NCBI GenBank assembly: GCA_001179505.1
Contig: CDMY01000204.1
Coordinates: 62,001-126,000, forward strand
Direction of reading: 5' to 3'
From: Vitrella brassicaformis CCMP3155
Taxonomy: Eukaryota; Protista; Chromerida
DNA: 64,000 nt
The notes under the pieces are model-generated. The model saw only the letters and a list, made by a program, of their open reading frames with translations. It made no database searches and was not told the origin of the DNA. The translations under genes and the position numbers were made by a program. Positions 50,834-64,000 of the stretch are shown here, in pieces (position 1 is the first letter of the stretch; every line of letters begins with the position of its first letter).

Positions 50834-51609
50834 GGCTGTCGGTGTCTGTCGCTGGGTGACACAGTGTGTGTTGCTCGTGCCTGAAGTTCTTGTGTTTGGT
50901 TTGATGCCGATGATTCGGCGGGTCACGGTGAATTCTCTCTGATACGTCGCTTGTCTGAGTGTGTGGATGCCCTCGTTGAGAACTCATACGCTGAGAAGAC
51001 GGTGGTTAAGCTTTATGCTCACCTGAGTCATTCGACGCGCTTGAGGGATGATGTCTCACTTCGTTAACGCTGGAATTTCTCGTTCATTCAATGAGAGCTG
51101 CGTGGTGGCTGGGGAGTCATACACATGCTTGTCTGAGTCCATTGTACACAATGAAAGGCCTGGAAAGTTTCACGCCTGACGTTTATTCATTCAATCTCGA
51201 GTCCTCGCGCTTGACTCATTGATACGCATTCCATCCCGGGCCTTTGATCGACAAGAGGCAATCCATGGTTGGAAGTCAGGGGTTGTGGATGGTGCTCTCC
51301 ATATGGTGCTCTCCATATGCATATGTTGGATAGCCAACTGCAAGACTCAGTGGGTTCTGCCCTCCGCAGTTGACTCAACCACTGGCTAGTCGGTGCTCGG
51401 CTCGGCCCTTCGGGCCTCGCCTTCGCACCACCGCCGATTTTGTGTCCTTCAATTCGTTTCGGCATGCGAGTCATCGGTTTATTCACCCTAGAGCTCTTGC
51501 CTGGCAATTCAGAAGGAATGTCTGCTCTAACGCGTACCATCCCCAACGGTCGTCGCCTCCGAGAGGTGGACCGTGCGTCCCTTTCCGTTGCGTGCTCCGC
51601 CAAAGCGAT

Positions 51610-52589
51610 ATGCGTGCCCTCATTTCGCTCGTCGCTCTTTTCCTCGTATGTGCCACGTGTGCGGATGCAGCTCCACTCAGCAGCTTCACTGTGTACAGCA
51701 GGGAATGGGCCGAAAACACTTGCTCTCTCTCTCCCGACCCATATATAGGGGTTGCCGACGTTGCCACTGGAGAAAAGCAAGAGAATAGAGGGACAATCGG
51801 TTGCAGTGCTGCGCAAAGCATCCGCAGTGTCTATACCACCGGCATCTTTGCGACGGATTGGGAGAGCCTATCTGACGAGCAATTTAAGACCAACATGAAG
51901 GTGAGAGAGTGAAGAACAAAGACGTGAGACACTCCTGTGTCCTGCCCACCTCGCTGCCTGCTGCAGGATGTGACTCGTGAGTTCAAGGAAGACGCATACT
52001 CCAAGGTGAGCTGCTTCGCTTCGTCATGAAGCTGTCTACGGACGTCATGGTGCTCCTCTTGTTGTTTAGTTCGCCACACTGCGTCTTAAAGAATTTCAGT
52101 GGAACCGAATGGGTTCCACTGAAGACAAGAAGGACCGAATGCACATCGGTAAGTTGACGCATGGGTCGAGCAAAAGGAAACCTGTCCTTGCCCGTGGGTG
52201 CCGTGCGGTGCGCGCAGGTGTCTCTGCCCAAGACATCATGAGAGTGCTTCCAGGCAAGGGGACGAGCGGACACGCACTCTTCTTGCGGACGCGTGATGAG
52301 TCTGTGTCTGTGCATTCTCCCAGATGCGGTCAATGTGTATATGGAGCCCACGGGAGGGGGCGCAAACTCGAACATGACCGAGGTCCATTACATCGACATG
52401 AACTATATGAACTATCTTCAGATGTCCGTAGTCCAGCAACTGCAGAAGCGTACTGAGGTGGTCCAGCAGCTGGAGGAACGTGTCGAGGCACTCGAGAATC
52501 AGCTGGCCGACATCCAGGCGGAACAGGAGAACGGCTTCATGACCATGCTCGAGCAGGCCCTCAAGGACTTTAGAGGCGGCCGCGACTGA
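51610..52589 (+). CDS. Small secreted protein with a C-terminal intramolecular chaperone auto-processing (ICA/peptidase S74) domain, copy A
   Basis: Exons 51610-51900, 51967-52005, 52070-52148, 52218-52253 and 52324-52589 splice to signal peptide + passenger + SDEQFKTNMKDV...LRLKEFQW...IGVSAQDIMRVLPDAV...YIDMNYMNYLQMSVVQQL...LEERVEALENQL. Confidence 0.85.
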
Positions 52590-55500
52590 GGACTGGCCTT
52601 GCTGACTTGGCTGGCTCATACATATGAAAGGTGTGCATCGTGCTCTACGCTGTTTGTTGTTGGAGTGTGTGTGTGCGTGACTCTTTTTCGTCTGCTTCCG
52701 TCCTATTCGTTTTTGCAAATGCAACGGAAGGCGACCGCCCTGCTCCCGTGTGCAGAGCGGGCGTGCATTACACGCAAAACACCCTTGTGTGAACGTGTGT
52801 ATGCGCGTCCCATCTGCACTGTCTATCGGTGTTTATGTGTTGCACTTGCTCTCTGGTTGTGTATCTGCATGTGTGTCCGCATGGATGTGATCGTTCATCT
52901 CGCTCGGTAGCCAGTGGTGCTTGCAGGCAATGACCTTGCGAGCTGCACATCTGGAATTGCTTGCACACACACATCTCCCTCAAGAGAGTTCATGTGGTGG
53001 CTGAGTACATGTGCATGTTTCTGTCTGCACAAAGGTCATTTGCCCTTTTACGTCTCACCCCATCTGTCCTCTTGTCACTCGCAGGTAAGTGGCTGTCACG
53101 TGATGCGTGCTCGCGTGTGCATGTCGATAGATGAGCATACAGGTGATTTGTCCTTCTGAACTTGGCGCCTGGTGTGTATGGGTGTCTGTGTGACCTGCCG
53201 TCTCGGGCGGGTACACAAGAGCGGGCACATCACGTGCGCAGACACCACCCCCAAGTCATTTTCACTCCCACACGCCCTTTTGTAATTCGGTGTAATTCTT
53301 TGGACAACAAATGTGGACGAATTTTCATTTTGATTTAGACATTGATTCTGTCGGTGCCTCTCCTGACGGGCCAGCTAAATCCTTCCCAGAACTTTTCTGT
53401 CGCCGCGCAGCCTAAACCATCACCGCCTGGCAAACGCTTCTCAACACATGTGCAGTCCGGCTGGACCAGGGGCACATCGAGCGTGGCCGTGGGTTGGCTG
53501 AACATTGTTGCTGCTTCGATACTGTAATGACGGACGTCCTCTGACCGGTAGTGAGCATACGTATGTCTCGGCAATTTACCACAACGGTCGTCGAGAAATC
53601 TCACACAGCGTGCACTTCCGTTGTGGCACGTACAGTACGGCTCACTGTACCTTTGCAACAGCATTCCTCGTTCACCCGTCCGTCCTTCCCGCCCTTTTCT
53701 CTGCAGCTGCCGTCACGATGCGTGCCCTCATTGTGCTCGTCGCCCTTGCCATCGTGTGCGTCACGCGTGCGGGCGCGGCTGAACTCAGCAGCTTCACCTT
53801 GTTCGACCGAGAGTGGTCTGAGCAGAGTTGCTCTACCTTGCCCCTCGAATCACCCTATCTCGCGGTTGCCGACGTCAACACTGGAGAAGTTCAACCGGAT
53901 GAGGGTGGGCGAGCTCAGAAGGATAGGCAGGCTATCCCTGGGCACGTGAGTCTCATCTTGTGTGTGCGCGTCAGGCTCCATCGGATGTGGCTTTGAGTTC
54001 CGCATTGGCAGCGTGTACGCGACCAACATCTTCAGGACAAACGAGCAGAGCATCTCTGACGAGCAATTCAAGACTGACCTGCAGGTGAGGGGTCGGTCAT
54101 GTCTCATGACGTCCACAAGAAAACACGACACTTCCTGTCTGTCTGGCTGCCTACCTGCTTGCCTGCAGGATATGAGCCCTGAGTTCAGTGAAGAAGTATA
54201 CGACAAGGTGAGTTACTGCACATGAAGGCGTGTTCGACGACACACATTTGGTGTCCGACGTGTCCAGTTCGCCGATCTGCATCTCAAGTTTTTCCCCTGG
54301 GACTCAGAGAAGATCAAGATGCGCTCCGGGGCCGAGGAGGACCACTGGGAGATAGGTGAGTCGGAAAGGAAGGAATGCTCGGCACGTATGTCAAGCAGAG
54401 ACTAAGACGCACTCCCTCTGCCCGTTTGTCTCCAGGAGTAGTAGCCCAAGAGGTTCAGAAGGTGTTTCCAGGTACTCTTGCACACTCTTGCCGACGTGTG
54501 ATGGTCTTCTGTCTCTAATTCTTCCTGTCCTAGATGCCGTGCGCACATACGAGGAGGCCATTAGGGATGGCGCAAACTCCACCACGACCGAGGTCCATTA
54601 CGTCAACATGGACTACATGAGCTACCTGCAGATGACCGTAGTCCAGCAGCTGCAGAAGCGAGTCGAGTCGTTGGAGAAACAGCTGGCCGACATCCAGGCG
54701 GAACAGGAGAACGGCTTCATGACCGTGCTCGAGCAGGCCCTCAAGGACTTTAGAGGCGGCCGCGACTGAGGACTGGCCTTGCTGACTTGGCTGGCTCATA
54801 CATATGAAAGGTGTGCATCGTGCTCTACGCTGTTTGTCGGAGTGTGTGTGTGTGTGTGTGCGTGACTCTTTTTCGTCTGCTTCCGTCCTATTCGTTTTTG
54901 CAAATGCAACGGAAGGCGACCGCCCTGCTCCCGTGTGCAGAGCGGGCGTGCATTACACGCAAAACACCCTTGTGTGAACGTGTGTATGCGCGTCCCATTT
55001 GCACTGTCTATCGGTGTTTATGTGTTGCACTTGCTCTCTGGTGCGATTTGTGTATCTGCATGTGTGTCCGCATGGATGTGATCGTTCATCTCGCTCGGTA
55101 GCCAGTGGTGCTTGCAGGCAATGACCTCGCGAGCTGCACATCTGGAATTGCTTGCACACACACATCTCCCTCAAGAGAGTTCATGTGGTGGCTGAGTACA
55201 TGTACATGTTTCTGTCTGCACAAAGGTCATTTGCCCTTTTACGTCTCACCCCATCTGTCCTCATGTCACTCGCAGGTAAGTGGCTGTCACGTGATGCGTG
55301 CTCGCGTGTGCATGTCGATAGATGAGCATACAGGTGATTTGTCCTTCTGAACTTGGCGCCTGGTGTGTACGGGTGTCTGTGTGACCTGCCGTCTCGGGCG
55401 GGTACACAAGAGCGGGCACATCACGTGCACAGACACCACGCCCAAGTCATTTTCACTCCCACACGCCCTTTTGTAATTCGGTGTAATTCTTTGGACAACA

Positions 55501-55733
55501 GATGTGGACGAATTTTGATTTTGATTTAGACATGGATTCTGCTAAATCCTTCCCAAAACTTTTCTGTCGCCGCGCAGCCTGAACCTCATCACCGGCTGGC
55601 AAACGCTTCTCAACACCACGTGCAGTCCGGCTGGACCAGGGGCACATCAAGCGTGGCCGTGGGTTGGCTGAACATTGTTGCTGCTTCGATACTGTAATGA
55701 CGGACGTCCTCGACCGGTAGTGAGCATACGTAT
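52500..55733 (+). repeat. ~1.06-kb direct repeat (52500-53564 and 54680-55733): 3' end of the ICA CDS plus downstream DNA
   Basis: The offset is about 2180 bp and identity is above 90% by eye. Confidence 0.93.
53718..54769 (+). CDS. Small secreted protein with an ICA/peptidase S74 domain, copy B
   Basis: Exons 53718-53904, 53975-54084, 54169-54207, 54269-54355, 54436-54471 and 54534-54769 give SDEQFKTDLQD...LHLKFFPW...IGVVAQEVQKVFPDAV...YVNMDYMSYLQMTVVQQLQKRVESLEKQL. Confidence 0.88.
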
Positions 55734-56450
55734 TCGGACGGTTCAACGTAAATATGTGTATTCCATCGCCTAAATCCGCGGTGCAAGTTCATTACATGAT
55801 TTATTTATTCATTCATCAGCCCATCATCCACACTATACCTGCACACTCGCAGGGGCACTGAACATGTAAGATAAGACGCGCCTGCCTGCTTGTCTTCTTG
55901 TAGGTGTCTGCCGTGGCAAAATACTGGCGGGCAACCAGACACTGACAAATGACTGACCCAGACGAGCAATGAGACACGAAGGCGCATTGTCACTGAGAGC
56001 GTGTAGAGCGTCTTTGAATGGCTTGTAATGTCATGTCATTATCCATGTCTCCTCCTGCCCAGAGCTAGGATGGAAGAAGGCCAGCGCATCCAGAAAAGAC
56101 CAAAACACACTCATTCAGTATTTGTGTATGATGGCTGTACATGCGTTCAGAGTGTGACAAGCCGCCTCCACGCACGAGAAGTACGCCGAGGGAAAGACGT
56201 GAGCTGACGCTGAGGCAAGGGCCGGTGAAAAGAGGCGGGAAAGAGGGAGGACAAGTCTTGGGAGGGCATGCGGATGATTGGATGAGTGGACACCTGGATG
56301 CCCTCTCCTGCTGCACGAAACTGTCGGGATGTGGATCGTTCTGGAGGGGGATGACCGCTTCTTGGGGCCTTCTGCCGAAGGTCGCGAAAAAGCGAAAAAC
56401 GCGAAAAAGCAAGTACTGGGTCGCGCGCGACCGGCTCCTGTGTCGCTGGG

Positions 56451-56750
56451 NNNNNNNNNNNNNNNNNNNNNNNNNNNNNNNNNNNNNNNNNNNNNNNNNN
56501 NNNNNNNNNNNNNNNNNNNNNNNNNNNNNNNNNNNNNNNNNNNNNNNNNNNNNNNNNNNNNNNNNNNNNNNNNNNNNNNNNNNNNNNNNNNNNNNNNNNN
56601 NNNNNNNNNNNNNNNNNNNNNNNNNNNNNNNNNNNNNNNNNNNNNNNNNNNNNNNNNNNNNNNNNNNNNNNNNNNNNNNNNNNNNNNNNNNNNNNNNNNN
56701 NNNNNNNNNNNNNNNNNNNNNNNNNNNNNNNNNNNNNNNNNNNNNNNNNN
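56451..56750. other. Assembly gap (300 N)
   Basis: Run of N. Confidence 1.
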
Positions 56751-57858
56751 GGGGTAGCTCAGATCCTCCCCGACCAAATAAACAAGAAGCGGGGGTCCAC
56801 TTGTACTCGCCGAGAATCTTGACATGTGAGGCCCCTTGCACGAACATGAACTTTCACAGAGCCAGGCCATAAGGATGGACAGATGGAGAGGGAGGGAGGG
56901 ATGTGTCATCGTTCCAGAAGAATTCCACGGTCTGCGGGTTGCCTGTGCCTGCACACACCAAACCAGACACACAGATACTGCCATGGAGGATGCATGTGCT
57001 GCTGTGGATCTGGCCCTCCAGGATTCTTGACCCCTCCAACAACTAAGACGTGTTACGAGGTGGCATTTTGAGCCGAATGAGAGAATGTGACTCCGTTCTG
57101 CACCAGATTGTCTCACATCGCTTGTTTGATTCCAAAAAGAGTGGGTACCCGTGGTGAGATTCTGTCCCTTTTGGTTGTTAAAAAGGTCTCGGACATTCAT
57201 TTTGTGTGGCCATGGCTGAGATGAGAGACACGACACGAATATAGTCCTTGACACACACCCGCTATCGCACAGTCTCATGCATGCAGTCAAGTGCGACTCA
57301 GTACAGACATGAATATCCCCGTACATCCGGGCTTTCCCCCTTGTTCGATTTTCTTTGTAACATCGAACAAGGGCACGACCGAGAAGTCAAGCTGGCAGAA
57401 CGCCTATGGCATTTGGTTGGCTGTAATACATACGAAAAACATGCACCGCTGAGATGGCCCGCATCGTGCACATATGGACCGAAGATAAAAGGGAAATTCA
57501 CAGAGCATCAACACTGGCTCACTCGAGACGCACTCTTGCATGAACACCTCAAAAATTGGTGGGGGACCTAAAGGAAAGGCCTCACCTCCACCTTTTATAT
57601 AACCAGGACATGATAACCAAGACAAGTGGAAGCAGGCGGTGACAGAAAAGACCATAAGAGCCTTAAATCCGCACAGTCATTCGCAACAAATATACGCATT
57701 TGTGCATCCGCATTGAAAGATGGCCAAAGCAAAGTAATGGAATAGGTAAAAAAATATACAAAGAACCCACCCACGAAAGAGAGCGATCCACGCATGTGCG
57801 ATCCGCACCTAGATGAATGCCCGCATTAACAAATAGACAGAGAATGCAGTCACGTCAG

Positions 57859-58874
57859 TCACGTGCAGGCGGGGGAGGTGACGACGCTCGAGTAGGCCAT
57901 GACGGAGTCGTCATCGGCCAGCGCCACCACCTGGAAAAACAGGCACTGCGAGCGGCCCGCATCGACAGCCACCCAGTGCTCAAACCGCGTCCTCGTCACC
58001 GTTTCAAGATACTCGCCGACATTGTCGGCGACCAACCCCTGCATGACCCGCCACTTGGCCACATTGGTGGCGCCGTTCCAGCTGAAGTGCAGCTGCAACA
58101 GGCCATCCGTGTTGTCGTCGTCGAGCAGTGCGACGGGCTGCCACGTGGGCCGGCCCGTCCAGGGGGCCTTGACGCTCCGATAGCTGTGATAGGGGCCATC
58201 CCACCTCAGACTCACCAACCAGCTTCCGGATGGGCTCGTCTGATCCACACAGGCGTGCAAAGGAGACGGAGGAATCACGACACAGATGCAATAGACGGCA
58301 ATGGATGCAATGCAACTCGTCTCTATTGTCTATGAACGGACATACCTCCGCATAGAATGGGTTGCCGACGACGTTTTCCTCCTGCATTGATGTGAAGACG
58401 CGTGTGCATCGTCGTTGTCTTTTCGTGACAGCGGGTCTGACCTGTATTTGCTGGTCGTTGGGATTGAACTCGTCTGGGACGTCGAAGCCCAAGCACACGG
58501 CTCTGTTGCCGTTGTCGAGGCGGCGGTAGCTGCCCTTGGCGTAGGCGCGCATGCCGCTGTCCCACATGCTCTCGACGCGGGCGACCGTCGGCGTGCCGTC
58601 GCCATCGAATTCCAGCGCGTAGTCCATTGCCCTCGCGTGGGTGTCTCCTGTGCGGACGGCATTGTCGAAGAGCGTGATGATGTCGCCGCCGAGGTCGCGC
58701 GCGTCGTGCTGGGCGGCGAACTGACCATTCGGGTCGCCAACTATCTCGAACGAGCTACGCTTTCCGCCGAGACGCCACAAGACTGCACCAGTGGTCCTGG
58801 ATGAAGAGGAGAGAGAACCATGTGGTAGCAACGGCGCAAGAGGGAGGAAGCAACGACCATTCGTACCTGTCGAT
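57859..58874 (-). CDS. Arylsulfotransferase (ASST, fungal/actinobacterial type), C-terminal part; the 5' part is lost in the gap
   Basis: IDR|TTGAVLWRLGGKRSSF...FAAQHDAR...ITLFDNA...AKGSYRRLDNGNRAVCLG...HSYRSVKAPWTGRP...LHFSWNGATNVAKWRV. Confidence 0.85.
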
Positions 58875-59174
58875 NNNNNNNNNNNNNNNNNNNNNNNNNN
58901 NNNNNNNNNNNNNNNNNNNNNNNNNNNNNNNNNNNNNNNNNNNNNNNNNNNNNNNNNNNNNNNNNNNNNNNNNNNNNNNNNNNNNNNNNNNNNNNNNNNN
59001 NNNNNNNNNNNNNNNNNNNNNNNNNNNNNNNNNNNNNNNNNNNNNNNNNNNNNNNNNNNNNNNNNNNNNNNNNNNNNNNNNNNNNNNNNNNNNNNNNNNN
59101 NNNNNNNNNNNNNNNNNNNNNNNNNNNNNNNNNNNNNNNNNNNNNNNNNNNNNNNNNNNNNNNNNNNNNNNNNN
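58875..59174. other. Assembly gap (300 N)
   Basis: Run of N. Confidence 1.
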
Positions 59175-60148
59175 AGGCAAGGTCAGACAGCAGGGATGTG
59201 CAGCTGCACATAAGCAAGAGGCAAGAGCTACGAACAAAATTTCCCTCTCCCATAATATGGTGCGTCCACCGACACGAAGAGAAGCGGAAGCCGTTAATCT
59301 GGCCAGGGTCAGTCTGGCCAAGTTCGCTGGCCATTCTGGCAGGTGTGCGGCAGGAGATCCTCGGTGCAGGATATGATCCCTAGTGCATGCTTGTGTTTCC
59401 TGGCCGATCGGCCGACTCTGCCGTCTCAATCAATGCGACACACGGAGTTTGTGAGTACAGGTACCTCAACAAAAGAGGACCAAGGCAGCCACGTGTGCGT
59501 CTGTGGGTGTGTGGTGAGGGCGTGGGATGTGGGTTGGTCTTTATGTTCGCGCTTTATGAAGATTGCCGTCCAATGATTTCCGTCGCAAAAATCATCGCGA
59601 GAAAGGGTCGTGCACATCAACGAGACAGAACCCACACCCCTCGTGCCATGCATCTGTACATCACCGCTGGAAGCAACGCAGCGCTCCCTCGCATCAGCCA
59701 CGGGAGCAACAATCACCACATAGAGTCCGAACAACGCTGTGGCGAGTAGAAAGCAGGGCGTACACGTAACCCAAGCGGCAACGGCAACCCCAAACGTGCA
59801 GTAACGTGCAAGGCTACATATTCATCCGCACACGTGCACGCGCGTAAGTCTATCTTACGGGGGGCCCTCCGAAGTACGGTGGCATGGGGAGGTAGGGGAC
59901 GGGGAACGTGGAAGAGGGGCGGTGTGGGTGAGGGATGGGCGGGGGCATCGCCACAGGAGGGTTGGGGGGGGCTGGGGGGACAGGTGCCGCCGTCTTCTTG
60001 CCATCCCTCGTACCTCTCCCTGCTGAGCTGCTATAGGTCGACAGAATCGAATCCACACACATCCTGCAGTAATAACCAACACAGCAGCCCCTATGTGAAC
60101 AAGCTCTTTGTAACACAGCAAGCAGTGTGCTTCCAGCACTTGAAGGAC

Positions 60149-61130
60149 TTAATGGACGTCTGACAGACGGACAGACAGACAGATAGAGTGTGAGTAGTGT
60201 TTTCGATTTGGACCGACATGCTTGTGTGCAAGTGGGCCCACCTGATCGTTCTGCAGAAGGCTCTCGAGCTCTGCCCTCTTTGACTGGTCTATTCCCATGT
60301 CCTGGACAAACTCATCGCCCATCGACAAATATCGAGTCGCCTCGGATATCCTGCATACGCATGCACACTGCATACACACAGTCCATCCCGTGCAAGCCCC
60401 ACCTCGGCTGGCTCCAGTCGACCATTTTGCAGAGCTCGTTGATCTTGCCGCCCTGCATGGCCTGCATCCTCTTGACGGCCTCGATCTTCCGGCGCCAGTC
60501 ACCGATAGTGCTGCAACGCTGCTTGCGACGGTTGGCCGTGACGGACAGCGGAGCATCGGGATAGCCGGATGCCTCTGAGGCATGGGGGGCGCGTGATCCG
60601 TGCTGGATGCCCCCAGACGCCACGCCGTTCAGCAGCTGGACCTGCACAGTGAAATACATTCGGGTGTACGCCTAGCTGTCTGGATCTTCATTAGGTTGTC
60701 ACCGGGTACCTCGTAGAGGAATAGCCTGAGCGAGACGTCTGCGTTTGGATCCTTGATGATTTGCAGCGGCAGCCACTTCATCCTGATGCTCGAGGGGCTG
60801 TCGAAGGGCAGGTGACCGATGCAGTACATGCAGTGCCGGCCAGACGGGGAGCGCTCGATGTAAACATCGAAACAACCTGTGTGGGCAGATAGCATGAGTG
60901 AGTGACGCAACCATTCCTCCCGCTACATCTCCTTCCTGTTCGCTCTGGTGGATACCTGCCCTGAGTCGCGGGAAGTGCTCCTGTATGGTGTTGAAGCAGT
61001 CATGTGCGTAGGCATGGAGCACCTTCATGGAGCTGTGCCGCACGCGGACATGCGCAGCCAGTTTGGACGCCTTCACCGTTGCCGAGTCCTTGCTGTCGGA
61101 AAGCAGGATCAGCTCGAGGATCACCTTCAT
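60149..61130 (-). CDS. Hypothetical multi-exon protein with a CxxC motif weakly resembling the start of a zf-PARP
   Basis: Protein-like exons are linked by GT-AG sites (YIERSPSGRHCMYCIGHLP; IGDWRRKIEAVKRMQAMQGGKINELCK). No family was confidently recognised. Confidence 0.45.
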
Positions 61131-61297
61131 CCCTCTACCTCACCACGGGCACAAGAGAGGTGTGCCCTCATCATCTTTGTTGATTCGCTTTCATCACTTT
61201 TTTGGATTGCGAGCTTCGCCCTTCCCTTAGATTCCTCGTTCTCCAGCCCCAGCCAAAGCAAGAGATCTGCGGCTGAGTGGCTGTCGGGGAGAGAGCC

Positions 61298-64000
<2,703 letters not shown>

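Noticed and set aside
57248-57571. 107-aa plus ORF in an AT-richer patch
   Set aside because: It may be a decayed gene or transposon fragment, but no motif could be identified.
56065-59429. Long ORFs spanning N runs
   Set aside because: They are artefacts of translating through gaps. The uniform 300-N size suggests placeholder lengths, so the two sides may not be contiguous.
59175-59800. Possible 5' exons of the arylsulfotransferase (signal-like LLATALFGLYVVIVAPVADA)
   Set aside because: No in-frame ATG was found, there are no ASST motifs, and the region is separated from the gene by a gap of unknown true size.

Overview
This is intron-rich eukaryotic genomic DNA with short GT-AG introns and many GACA/GT/GGCA microsatellites. 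The gene content and Sec23 sequence suggest a chromerid alveolate such as Vitrella; this is inference and no search was run. Housekeeping genes sit at the ends: a GT90 glycosyltransferase, XPA-like, a PARP-type zinc-finger gene, GPN2 and a CPA2 cation/H+ antiporter-ACT fusion on the left, and Sec23 on the right. Between them (about 12.7-59 kb) lies a block of mostly secreted or surface-protein genes. These are two giant tandem polycystin-1-like GPS/5-TM receptors, a divergent C-type-lectin gene pair enclosed by ~770-bp inverted repeats, an FAD monooxygenase with a probable plastid leader, a bacterial-type retaining GH97 glycosidase, two tandem small secreted proteins, and an arylsulfotransferase. 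The two small secreted proteins carry a phage-tailspike-type intramolecular chaperone/auto-cleavage domain (ICA, peptidase S74) and are the most interesting finding. The second is a pair of 55-nt introns, 52/55 identical, that flank a 26-nt micro-exon in different phases. Exon structures were derived by hand, so internal boundaries are approximate. Two 300-N gaps interrupt the right end.
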